Below are positions 48,912 through 58,092 of a stretch of 64,000 nucleotides of DNA, piece after piece. The position numbers were made by a program, and so were the translations under genes. The notes under the pieces are model-generated. The model worked only from the letters and a program-made list of their open reading frames with translations, had not been told where the DNA came from and made no database searches. The stretch covers positions 1-64,000 of IMG/VR virus record IMGVR_UViG_3300003873_000004; one strand, 5' to 3'. How positions within the stretch are numbered: the first letter of the stretch is position 1; every line of letters begins with the position of its first letter. This DNA is from a virus.

Positions 48912-49358
48912 ATGGCACTTGATATTTTTGGTGAGGAAATCGAACAGGAAGAAGTGTTTGACATTTCTAGAAAGAAATACAAAATGTTCGATTTCCTCGG
49001 GGATATTACAAAGACAAAGCGAAATATTCTAAGACAAGATTCAGATGCGGAACGTGATTATTCGCCATGGATTATCAATAAAATGTTGTCGATGAATATA
49101 GAAACTGTATTATACTCTCAAGAGATGAACTCTAACTATGTCGCAACAAAACAAATGCAGTATGATTTCTATATATCTGCTATTCGCCCCGGATATAGAA
49201 AGATGAATTGGGTGAAGGATATAAACAACAAAGACGTGAAACTATTACAGGCTTATTATGAGATCAATAGAGAAAAAGCAACAGACATACTTTCCGTGTT
49301 GACCAAAGAACAATTGGGAGAAATTAAAATGAAAATGGATAAAGGTGGGAAGAAATGA
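48912..49358 (+). CDS. gp62: Clamp loader small subunit
   Basis: YSPWIINKMLS, EMN, MQYDF. Confidence 0.9.
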   Translation: MALDIFGEEIEQEEVFDISRKKYKMFDFLGDITKTKRNILRQDSDAERDYSPWIINKMLSMNIETVLYSQEMNSNYVATKQMQYDFYISAIRPGYRKMNWVKDINNKDVKLLQAYYEINREKATDILSVLTKEQLGEIKMKMDKGGKK

Positions 49359-49813
49359 ATGATAGTTATACAATTGACGATCTACTAGAAATCGAACTAC
49401 CAAATGATGACTCTTTTCTACAAATCAAAGAGACTCTGACTCGTTGTGGTGTGGTAAATTTCAAGACAAAAACGCTATATCAGACTTGTCATATTCTTCA
49501 CAAGCATGACAGATATTTCTTAGTTCACTTCAAAGAAATGTTTGCTCTGGATGGAAAATGTGCTAGGTCACATATTTCAGAAGAAGATTATGATCGCAGA
49601 AATCGAATTGCTCAGATGCTAGAAAAATGGGGATTGTGTTCACTAATCAAATCTGTGATTGTTTTTGAAGGAGAACATCGAACCAAACTGTTTGTGCTAA
49701 AATATCAGGAATCGAAAGAAATTGTTCCAGAAACAGGCAAACTGAAATGGACACTAGAAACAAAATATGATTTCGTGTCGGATAAGGAGAAAGAAATTGC
49801 CATTGACAATTGA
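49355..49813 (+). CDS. regA: Translational repressor RegA
   Basis: FLQIKETLTR.G, LYQTCHILHK..RYFLVHFKEMF.LDG. Confidence 0.95.
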   Translation: MNDSYTIDDLLEIELPNDDSFLQIKETLTRCGVVNFKTKTLYQTCHILHKHDRYFLVHFKEMFALDGKCARSHISEEDYDRRNRIAQMLEKWGLCSLIKSVIVFEGEHRTKLFVLKYQESKEIVPETGKLKWTLETKYDFVSDKEKEIAIDN

Positions 49814-50312
49814 ACCTACATTAGGAATTTATCGGATATCCGAAAGCGTAGTGATGCCAAAATTTGAAACACAAGGTGCCGCCTGCTTCGATTTGAGATA
49901 TCAGCCAACAGATTGGAAAGTATTGGTTTATGATGCGCTAAACTACAAACAATATCTACAGCAACGTGAAAATGGAGAATTGTTCATCAATCCTAATGAA
50001 CGGGTTCTTGTTCCAACTGGAATTATATTTGATATTCCAGAAGGATTTAGTGTTCGAATTCATATTCGAAGCTCTATGGCACTGAAACTTGGTCTGTCTC
50101 TGGCTAATAGTGAGGCCGTCATTGATTCGGATTACACACATGAATCATTTGTGATGCTTCAAAATAATTCACAAGCGTTAGTACAGATCAACAAAGGTGA
50201 CCGTATCGCACAAGCAGAATTGGTTCGAAATCAACCGGTCGAGTTAGTAAGCGTAGATCGACCACAGCAGAAAACTGACCGCACTGGCGGATTCGGAAGC
50301 ACAGGAAAATGA
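49797..50312 (+). CDS. dut: Trimeric dUTPase
   Basis: AACFDL, VPTG, RSS, VIDSDY, GDRIAQ, RTGGFGSTG; TTG start inferred. Confidence 0.92.
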   Translation: MPLTIEPTLGIYRISESVVMPKFETQGAACFDLRYQPTDWKVLVYDALNYKQYLQQRENGELFINPNERVLVPTGIIFDIPEGFSVRIHIRSSMALKLGLSLANSEAVIDSDYTHESFVMLQNNSQALVQINKGDRIAQAELVRNQPVELVSVDRPQQKTDRTGGFGSTGK

Positions 50313-50566
50313 AAATCTATGTTGTTCGAGTGAGTGGAAAATATCTGAAAGGTGGTGGATGTCGATATGAATTGGTAGACGACATTTCGAACGCTCGAAC
50401 CTATTCGGCTAAAAGATATGCTAAAAATTCAATCAGACAAACTATGGAATATGAATTGGATGAAAACAAGATCAAACAGTTCGAGAACGCAGAAATATTG
50501 GAATGCGATATGGTCATTGGTGGATTTCAAGTTGACCGATTAATATTTCTGATTGACATGACCTAA
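50309..50566 (+). CDS. Hypothetical protein
   Basis: ATGA overlap with dut. Confidence 0.5.
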   Translation: MKIYVVRVSGKYLKGGGCRYELVDDISNARTYSAKRYAKNSIRQTMEYELDENKIKQFENAEILECDMVIGGFQVDRLIFLIDMT

Positions 50567-50615
50567 ATATTAGTGTAGAGTAGAGTAGATAAAGTTTTAA
50601 TCAAAAGGAGAAAAA

Positions 50616-51158
50616 ATGTTTGAAATTTCAAAGAATTTTCAAATTTGTTATGCACATAGAGTATTTTCTCAGAATGTAAATGAGAAGTATTCTGGGTCTT
50701 CTGATTGTCCATGTCAAAAAATTCATGGGCATGGAGGAGTCATTACGGTAAGTTTATCTGCTCCTAGTTTAGACACTAGAGGATTTGTTATTGACTATAA
50801 GGAATTATCATTCGTTCGAGATTTTCTTGATAATAACATCGACCACAGGTTTATTATATCAGATTTGGACCCAGGGTTTTTGAGATTGGTCGGCTATACC
50901 CCAGCACAGTTTAAAGCTATGTCATCTAAAATTTCGCTTCTTGATGAAGTAGGAATGGGATATCGAACATTTGATGATTCTGATGTTCATTTAGATTCAT
51001 TTGTGATGATAGAAAACATTAATCCAACCAGTGAGAATTTATCGAAGTGGGTTTACGAAGGCATAGAAAAGGTCATAAATTTGTCCGAATTCGATTGCAC
51101 TGTGAATTATGTCGATTGGTCAGAAACAGCAAAAACACACGCAAGGTACTCTAAATGA
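50616..51158 (+). CDS. queD: 6-carboxy-tetrahydropterin synthase QueD
   Basis: AHR, CxxxHGH, VIDY, DH, PTSEN, WSET. Confidence 0.9.
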   Translation: MFEISKNFQICYAHRVFSQNVNEKYSGSSDCPCQKIHGHGGVITVSLSAPSLDTRGFVIDYKELSFVRDFLDNNIDHRFIISDLDPGFLRLVGYTPAQFKAMSSKISLLDEVGMGYRTFDDSDVHLDSFVMIENINPTSENLSKWVYEGIEKVINLSEFDCTVNYVDWSETAKTHARYSK

Positions 51159-52054
51159 GCAAAGAACAAGAGATTTTAGTGTTCGAAACATTCTATTCGT
51201 GTCAGGGGGAATCGCTACGAGTAGGAGTACCGTCGATTTTCATTAGAGTGTTTGGCTGTTCTGCCTCTTGTCCTGGATTTGGTCAGCCAAAAGGGAAACT
51301 AATTCCAATCGAAGAAATGCCGCACAATACTTTCGATGCCTCTAAGATCACTAGAGTTGATCAATTACCTGTTTCGAATATTGGATGTGATTCGGCGGCA
51401 GCATGGTCGAAGAAATATCGACACTTGGCTAAGAAATATACAGTAGATTCACTGATAGAACATATCGAATCACTTGTTCCTAAATATGCGTACGAACGTC
51501 CAGATATTGTTATTACTGGTGGGGAACCGCTTCTACCAAAATTTCAGAAGTTCTGGGTAGAGTTTCTGAAAAAAACTCCAAATTTTTCTGAGATTACGTT
51601 TGAAACCAACGGCACGCAAAGGCTATCTACAGATTTGTTCGAAGCTATTACCAACGGAAATATCAGATTCACGTTTTCGGTTTCACCAAAGCTGGAAATT
51701 AGTGGAGAACCACAGAGCAAGATGTTGAAACCAGAAGCAGTCACATCATACAGGATGCTATATGCTTTTGATTGGTCTGAAACTGGACATAATGTTTATC
51801 TAAAATTCGTAATTCGAGATAACGATGATGTGGAAGAAGTTTATCATTTTATCAACGAATACCAGAAAGATTACAAGGAAGAATTGTCACTCAAAACATG
51901 TGAGAAGCCTACCGTTTATCTCATGCCAGAAGGCGCCACAATAGAAGGGCTAAAGTTGACAGAAACACAGGTGGCCAATATCGCGCTCGAAAATGGTTTC
52001 CGATATAGCCCAAGACTTCACTGCTCTTTGTTTGGCAATTCATGGGGCACGTAG
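51155..52054 (+). CDS. queE: 7-carboxy-7-deazaguanine synthase QueE (radical SAM)
   Basis: FYSCQGE, FIRVFGCSASC...GCDS, ITGGEP, FETNG, SVSPKL, LMP, PRLH. Confidence 0.92.
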   Translation: MSKEQEILVFETFYSCQGESLRVGVPSIFIRVFGCSASCPGFGQPKGKLIPIEEMPHNTFDASKITRVDQLPVSNIGCDSAAAWSKKYRHLAKKYTVDSLIEHIESLVPKYAYERPDIVITGGEPLLPKFQKFWVEFLKKTPNFSEITFETNGTQRLSTDLFEAITNGNIRFTFSVSPKLEISGEPQSKMLKPEAVTSYRMLYAFDWSETGHNVYLKFVIRDNDDVEEVYHFINEYQKDYKEELSLKTCEKPTVYLMPEGATIEGLKLTETQVANIALENGFRYSPRLHCSLFGNSWGT

Positions 52055-52057
52055 AGA

Positions 52058-52180
52058 CATTTTACTCTTGATTTGATACCAGTATATCAAAAAGAAATTC
52101 AAATCGTTTCTAGACACACTCTAGGGGCTAGAAACACATTAAATAAAGTTCTTGACAAGTACAGATTAAGAGTGTAGCAT
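52058..52180 (+). repeat. Intergenic promoter-linked repeat, copy 2 (before folE)
   Basis: Matches 37403-37531. Confidence 0.9.
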
Positions 52181-52207
52181 CAATAGATCAAATTCGAGAG
52201 GTAATCC

Positions 52208-52834
52208 ATGCTCAAAGCCAATTCAAATATAGTAAAATATATGGAAGAAAACGGAATCACAAAACAAGCAATTCGGGATAATGTTGAGAAAGCATATCAG
52301 GGGGTCTTAGATGCCCTGCTGATCGACACTGAACATGATCACAATACGCGGGAAACCGCGCATCGAGTAGCTAAAATGATGGTGAATGAAATATACAAGG
52401 GCAGATATGAAGAAATGCCGAAAGTAACTTCTTTTCCAAACGACAAACATTATGATGGGTTGTATTCAGTTGGCCCTATCGAAGTTCGTGCCACCTGCGC
52501 TCACCATTCGATGCCGATTGTTGGCAATGCTTGGGTTGCTGTACTTCCGGGCAAGAGAGTTATTGGATTATCAAAGTTTTCTCGAATAATTGATTGGCTT
52601 TCTTCCCGCCCGACAATTCAAGAAGAACTTTGTGAACAGGTAGCAGACACACTGGTAGAAGTGACCGAAGCAAAGGGGATTTATGTTGTTATCAAAGCAT
52701 CTCATGGATGCTGTACCCAACGTGGTATCAAAGCATCGAATTCAAATATGACAACCGCAGTGATTCGTGGAGAATTTCGGGGCAACTCTGATTTGAAGCG
52801 CGAAGCTCTAGAACTGTTTGACGAGTTCAAATAA
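52208..52834 (+). CDS. folE: GTP cyclohydrolase I
   Basis: ETAHRVAKM, CAHH, GLSKF.R, IQE, HGC..RG. Confidence 0.95.
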   Translation: MLKANSNIVKYMEENGITKQAIRDNVEKAYQGVLDALLIDTEHDHNTRETAHRVAKMMVNEIYKGRYEEMPKVTSFPNDKHYDGLYSVGPIEVRATCAHHSMPIVGNAWVAVLPGKRVIGLSKFSRIIDWLSSRPTIQEELCEQVADTLVEVTEAKGIYVVIKASHGCCTQRGIKASNSNMTTAVIRGEFRGNSDLKREALELFDEFK

Positions 52835-52886
52835 TAGCTTGACAAGAGCATCGAAATAGTTTAGAATCACCAATAAGGAGATTAAA

Positions 52887-53237
52887 ATGAGTTTATATAC
52901 TGAAATTTTTGTGACATTTTCGTTCGAAGGGGAACATTGCTATCCAGACGCCCCAGACGAAGTGTCATATTTGAGGAATGTTCATCGTCATCTGTTCAAT
53001 GTTCGAGTTGACATTGATGTGGAGCATGACGAACGCGAGATTGAGTTTCACATGTTCAAACATGAACTACAATCTAGGTTTCGATCATATGAAGATTGCT
53101 CTAACAAATCTTGCGAGACGATGGCGCGTGAACTGGCTGGATACTTGCTTGCCAATTATCACGGTCGAGATTTCTCTGTGACTGTAGACGAAGATGGCGA
53201 GAACGGCGCCATCGTAACTCATATTAAGGACTTTTGA
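52887..53237 (+). CDS. dpdL: QueD-paralogous T-fold protein, DpdL-like (candidate CDG decarboxylase)
   Basis: EGEH, LRNVHRHLF (LxxxHRHxF), REIEF, SCE, EDGENGA; motif recalled from the DpdL description. Confidence 0.7.
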   Translation: MSLYTEIFVTFSFEGEHCYPDAPDEVSYLRNVHRHLFNVRVDIDVEHDEREIEFHMFKHELQSRFRSYEDCSNKSCETMARELAGYLLANYHGRDFSVTVDEDGENGAIVTHIKDF

Positions 53238-54286
53238 TGAGAAATTTATTTATCTTACCAATCGAACCAATCGAGAACCGTTACCCTGCAGACTGGTATC
53301 GATATGTTCCAAACCAGTTTCGAGATTATATTGCTGAAAATGGTCTAGACTTCGTGGTTCATCAGATCGATGGAATCTTTTCTGCTTCTAATTCGGGGAA
53401 TACAAATTTTCTAAACTTTGTCGATTCTCATGGATATAAAACATCTCAGATGTTTGCTGTATCTGAGCTGATTCAGAAGGGCGAGGTTCACGATGGTGAT
53501 GTGTTCCTTCTAACGGACGGCTGGAATCCTTGCGTCAACAATCTGAAAACGATGCTTGAAATGTCTAATATCGACGCTCGAATTGTTGGTGTGTTTCATG
53601 CGGGCGGCTGGGACTCGGCAGATATTATTCCAAATACAGTCAAAAATAAAGATTGGTTGTATGAATCAGAACTTGGAATGTTCTCCGCATACGATGACAT
53701 TATTGTGGCGACAAAGTTTCATGCCGATCTGATTATAGAATATAGTAACATTGAAGTTTACCCTATCACCGTTTGCCCTTTCCCGATGGAATATATGAAG
53801 GACACATTGAAGAAATATGTCATCCCAGATTCAAAAAAACGAGATATTGTGGTGTTTCCTCATAGAAATTCACCAGAGAAGCAGCCAGATTTGGCAGACG
53901 AAATCGGCAAGCGTTTGAAACTGCTAGGAATAACGTACATCAATTGCCGCGATTACAATTTCACTAAAGATGAATATTATCAACTACTGGCACAATCAAA
54001 GGTGTGTTTTTCTGTATCGTTACAAGAAACTCTTGGCATTGCACAATTTGAAGCCGCTCTGCTCGGAGCCATGCCATTAGTGCCGAATCGTTTATCCTAC
54101 ACAGAAATGTACCATGATGCGTTTAAGTATGTCAACGATAACGATATTGTTCAGCGAATAGTCGATATGTTGGAATTTCCTAAGCACAAACAGGATGCTT
54201 ATATCCATAATGTTGATTATGTTGGAAACAATTTTTTTGACGGCAACAATGGATTTTATCAAACGGTCTTGGGAGAACAACGATAA
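53234..54286 (+). CDS. GT-B fold glycosyltransferase
   Basis: HAG.WD, VVFPHR..PEKQP, YYQLL..SKV.FS...QETLGIA..E...G..P.VP.RLSY.E. Confidence 0.85.
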   Translation: MMRNLFILPIEPIENRYPADWYRYVPNQFRDYIAENGLDFVVHQIDGIFSASNSGNTNFLNFVDSHGYKTSQMFAVSELIQKGEVHDGDVFLLTDGWNPCVNNLKTMLEMSNIDARIVGVFHAGGWDSADIIPNTVKNKDWLYESELGMFSAYDDIIVATKFHADLIIEYSNIEVYPITVCPFPMEYMKDTLKKYVIPDSKKRDIVVFPHRNSPEKQPDLADEIGKRLKLLGITYINCRDYNFTKDEYYQLLAQSKVCFSVSLQETLGIAQFEAALLGAMPLVPNRLSYTEMYHDAFKYVNDNDIVQRIVDMLEFPKHKQDAYIHNVDYVGNNFFDGNNGFYQTVLGEQR

Positions 54287-55459
54287 ATGAAAAGAAAATC
54301 AATATATTTTGCCTCTCTGAGTTGTGCAACTTCGAGTTATCTAAAGAAAACAGATGAAGAATTTCGAGCGATGGATCCTGCGCTATGGGAAGTTTCCCCG
54401 AGATTTGTCAACAAGAATGATACGTTTTATCACAAAGACGCTCTATTTTCTGCCTCACTTCACCAGAAACTTTATCCAGACTTGCGTAAACAACTTCATT
54501 TAGATGACGATGTTAATATTTTTGTCGATAGTGGTGGATACTCTTTGGTTGCTGGTACGATTACAGAGAAGACTTGGAATAACGAAACTGCGCTAGCTTA
54601 TTCAGAACGCAATGGTAATATCTTTCCTATCTTAGATAGACCAGTGAGTAACGCGGTAACACCAGCAGATATCCAAGCATGTCTCGACAAGACCATGATC
54701 GCTGCGAAATATTATGAAGAACATAGAACGAAAGATTCTTGTGACATTCTCAATGTGTTGTCTGCTCGGACTTCACATGACATGGAACATTGGTATAATT
54801 CAATGAAGGAATTTTCTTTCGAAGGATGGGCACATGGTGGTCATAGTGGTAATCTGAAAGTTGCCCTCAAAGGTATATTGTTTCTTCTAGCGAAAGGGGA
54901 ATACGACAAAGATCGAATTAAATTTCATCATGTTTTTGGAATATCTGGAATGGCCGCGATTGTTTACTTTGCTTTGGTTCAGCAATTGCTCAATAAAATG
55001 GGCGTAGATATCCAGCTAACCTTCGACAGTTCTTATTTCCAGAGACAGATGGGATTTGGGGCAGTGTTTATCAACCCAAAATGGACAGGCATGGGAATCT
55101 TACCATATTCTAATAAGAACGATTATTCGCATATGGATGACGTGCCAATGGTCTGTGACTGTGCCATCTGTAAGACTGTGCCATCTGTCAAGAAGTTCCT
55201 AGAGTCATCAATGACATTTTACATGAAAGGTTTGACTCATAATTTGTTGATGATGGATCGAATCAAACATCAAGCAGAATCAATTTTCGATACAGAAATA
55301 TTAGAACAGCAGAAAACTGTATTCGGAGCAGAAATATACAATAATACACAACTTCTTCGTAAAGCGTTCGCAAACCCAAAAGCTGGCATGGAATATATTG
55401 ATCGAATGTCGTTGAAAGACTTGGGCAACTCCCCTGTCAGTTTAGAAAATTTGTTTTAG
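54287..55459 (+). CDS. dpdA: TGT-fold guanine transglycosylase, DpdA-like
   Basis: FVDSGGY, ILD.P, HVFG, FDSS, CDCAIC...HN zinc site; inside the deazaguanine cluster. Confidence 0.75.
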   Translation: MKRKSIYFASLSCATSSYLKKTDEEFRAMDPALWEVSPRFVNKNDTFYHKDALFSASLHQKLYPDLRKQLHLDDDVNIFVDSGGYSLVAGTITEKTWNNETALAYSERNGNIFPILDRPVSNAVTPADIQACLDKTMIAAKYYEEHRTKDSCDILNVLSARTSHDMEHWYNSMKEFSFEGWAHGGHSGNLKVALKGILFLLAKGEYDKDRIKFHHVFGISGMAAIVYFALVQQLLNKMGVDIQLTFDSSYFQRQMGFGAVFINPKWTGMGILPYSNKNDYSHMDDVPMVCDCAICKTVPSVKKFLESSMTFYMKGLTHNLLMMDRIKHQAESIFDTEILEQQKTVFGAEIYNNTQLLRKAFANPKAGMEYIDRMSLKDLGNSPVSLENLF

Positions 55460-55497
55460 TGCTTGACAAGACCAGCAAAAGGGTTTAGACTTGGCTT

Positions 55498-55680
55498 ATG
55501 AAGAAAAAGATGACTGAAAAAGTTTTGCGTGATTTGTTTCAAGAGCAAATTGACAGGATAGATTCAAAGATGGAGGATCTTCAAGATATTCTCTACGATT
55601 TAGACAGCATAAAAGATGGTCTTAGAGATACACTTGGTAGAATAATTTATGAAAATTTTGAGGAGAATGAAAATGTATAG
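55498..55680 (+). CDS. Hypothetical coiled-coil protein
   Basis: ATG 6 nt after the -10 box of the promoter at 55463. Confidence 0.55.
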   Translation: MKKKMTEKVLRDLFQEQIDRIDSKMEDLQDILYDLDSIKDGLRDTLGRIIYENFEENENV

Positions 55681-56008
55681 TTGTCCAGTAGAAGATTATA
55701 CTCCAGATGCTTGGAAAATTATGAAAATATCAGGCGACAACGGGCCCGCATATAAAGTTTTGTCTGGATGGAATAGCGGTTATTTGACCACTGATGGCTG
55801 GCGTCTTAATAGTGGTATAGAAAAGGTCGAAGAATCCGGCGAGTTTTATTATATCACTGGCAGAAGTGGGTCTATCATAAAGGCTAACAAGAAAGCGGAA
55901 GGCTTTATTTCGGCTAATCGAAGTATTTTTGATAAGCTAAAAGAGCAGGAAACAGAATCTCTGAAAATTGAAACAATTGATATGAAAGATTATTTGAATC
56001 AATCCTAA
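55673..56008 (+). CDS. Conserved phage hypothetical protein
   Basis: YTPDAW, YKVLSGW..GY...DGWRLNSGI, G.SGS motif. Confidence 0.7.
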   Translation: MYSCPVEDYTPDAWKIMKISGDNGPAYKVLSGWNSGYLTTDGWRLNSGIEKVEESGEFYYITGRSGSIIKANKKAEGFISANRSIFDKLKEQETESLKIETIDMKDYLNQS

Positions 56009-56133
56009 GCCACTTTACTCTTGATTTGATAGCAGTATATCAAAAAGAAATTCAAATCGTTTCTAGACACTCTCTAGGGGCTAGAATATCAGTAAAGAAA
56101 GTTCTTGACAAGTACAGGACGGGAGTGTATCGT
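56005..56133 (+). repeat. Intergenic promoter-linked repeat, copy 3
   Basis: Matches 37403-37531. Confidence 0.9.
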
Positions 56134-56134
56134 A

Positions 56135-57100
56135 TTGACAAAATTACAACCATTTAGTAGCGCGATTGCGGAGATACAATTTGGCAGTCATCTCTACAAA
56201 TTAAACACAGAAAACTCTGATCGAGATTATGCTGGAATTTATCTTCCTACGATCGATGATATTTTACTCGAAAATGTAACAACGGTTATCGACATAAGTG
56301 ACAATAAGAAAACAAAGAACGGCCCAGAAGATATTGATCGAAAGTTTTATTCGCTTCGAAAGTTTATGTCACTGGCAGCAAAAGGCGATACCAATGTGAT
56401 GGACATGCTTCATTGCTCGGATTCGGATATTCTAACCACATCTGATATTTTTGACACACTTCGAGCAAATCGTTCAAAATGTTATACGAAAAACTGCTCG
56501 TCGATGGTTGGATATGTGAAAGCACAAGCCAATAAGTATGGCGTAAAGGGTTCCAGATTATCAGCAGTAAACAAAGCCTTGAAAATGTGCGAGGCAATAC
56601 GCGACAAATCACAGACCCTTTCTGACTACTGGGATTTTATTCCTGTATCAGAATTTTCTAAGTTGATCAGCACAGATACAGAAAACTCGGGCGTTCAAAG
56701 ATTCTATGAAGTATGTGGTAGAAAATATCAGGATTGTTTGACGTTTGAAGAGTTTGAAGAAAATATGACTGCTTTGAAATCGAAATATGGAAGTCGGGCG
56801 GAGAAAGCAGAATCTAATGATGGTGTAGATTTCAAAGCGATTTCACATGCTCTACGCGTAGGATATCAGACACAGGACATATTAACCAAAGGAACATATG
56901 GTTTCCCTCTTGATCAAACAGAATATATCAAAAAAGTAAAAGCAGGTGAAGTAAACATTGGCGATGTTCGACAAGTCTTAGAAGATTTGGTGAAAAATAT
57001 CAAAGTACAGATTGAGGAATCAGATTTGCCAGAAGAACCAGACACAAAGTTCTGGGACGATTTGTATTTGAAAATTTGTAGAGATCATTACTCAATATGA
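56135..57100 (+). CDS. Pol-beta-superfamily nucleotidyltransferase (T4 nrdC.11-like)
   Basis: FGSHLY..NT.NSDRD, KYGVKGSRL, DFKAISHALR; start uncertain. Confidence 0.8.
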   Translation: MTKLQPFSSAIAEIQFGSHLYKLNTENSDRDYAGIYLPTIDDILLENVTTVIDISDNKKTKNGPEDIDRKFYSLRKFMSLAAKGDTNVMDMLHCSDSDILTTSDIFDTLRANRSKCYTKNCSSMVGYVKAQANKYGVKGSRLSAVNKALKMCEAIRDKSQTLSDYWDFIPVSEFSKLISTDTENSGVQRFYEVCGRKYQDCLTFEEFEENMTALKSKYGSRAEKAESNDGVDFKAISHALRVGYQTQDILTKGTYGFPLDQTEYIKKVKAGEVNIGDVRQVLEDLVKNIKVQIEESDLPEEPDTKFWDDLYLKICRDHYSI

Positions 57101-57363
57101 ACCAATCTAAATTAGAATCTTTCATCGAGTCAATGATGAACACGCTGTCTGGATTTGTAATATCTTGGATGGCATGGGCGTTCGTTGTGGCTCCTCTATT
57201 TGGCTTACCTGTTGATATGACACAATCGTTCTGGATTACTGTTGTTTTCACTTTCATTTCTCTTGGTCGAAATTATATGGTTCGTCGAATATTTGTTGGT
57301 GGATTTCATCAGAAAGCAATCGAGTTGGCTAAAAGATTAAAGCCGATATTGGCGAGGTACTAA
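57097..57363 (+). CDS. Small two-TM membrane protein
   Basis: QSKLESFIES..N...GF, FT.IS..R.Y.VRR.F. Confidence 0.7.
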   Translation: MNQSKLESFIESMMNTLSGFVISWMAWAFVVAPLFGLPVDMTQSFWITVVFTFISLGRNYMVRRIFVGGFHQKAIELAKRLKPILARY

Positions 57364-57364
57364 A

Positions 57365-57701
57365 ATGCGCACATTAGACATAGAAAGACTACACAAAGTT
57401 CATTTTAATGTACTTAACGGGAAATTGTATCGCGGACAAGGAACAACAACATATCAGTTGGTTTGCCTTGCTCAAAGTTTAGAATTTGTAGATATGTTTC
57501 GTTATAAAAGATCACAATTCTACACTATATTTAATTCCGATGCTGTTTGATATTCTCAAACTATTCGGATACGTTCGCTTTCGAAAAACATATGCCGATG
57601 AAGTGATAATCAACGATACAAAAAGAATTCGTTTTATTCCTGTGTGTCAACCAAACAGATTACGTGGTCTAAAGACAGAAATAATTGAAGAACTAAGATA
57701 A
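57365..57701 (+). pseudogene. Possibly frameshifted hypothetical gene
   Basis: ORF 57365-57550 (RGQGTTT) overlaps a second frame running to 57701 (RIRFI..RLRG). Confidence 0.3.
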
Positions 57702-57768
57702 TTCTTGACAAGAGCAAAGAAATAGTTTAGACTTATTGTATTGAAAGAGGAATAGAGAGGAAATAATA

Positions 57769-58092
57769 ATGTTCAGCATGTTATACATTGATGATATTCG
57801 GATGCCAAAAGAGTTTGGATATGATATTGTTCGAACCAGTCGCGCCGCCGTTACATACATGAAACGAGAAGGCTGCCCGCGCTACATTTCTTTCGATCAT
57901 GATTTGGGGGGTGAAGACAATTCTATGATCATTGTTCGCTGGATGGTTGAAACAGACATGGAGAAAGATGGGAAGTTCATTCCAGAGAATTTTGAGTGGT
58001 TTGTTCATTCTGCCAATCCAGTTGGCGTAGAAAATATCAATGGTTTGCTGAAAGGCTATCTCACATTTAGAAACGAATCGGAGAACGAATGA
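57769..58092 (+). CDS. Receiver-like (cyclic-phosphate-processing) domain protein
   Basis: LYIDDIR.P, ISFDHDLG, VHSANPVG. Confidence 0.75.
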   Translation: MFSMLYIDDIRMPKEFGYDIVRTSRAAVTYMKREGCPRYISFDHDLGGEDNSMIIVRWMVETDMEKDGKFIPENFEWFVHSANPVGVENINGLLKGYLTFRNESENE

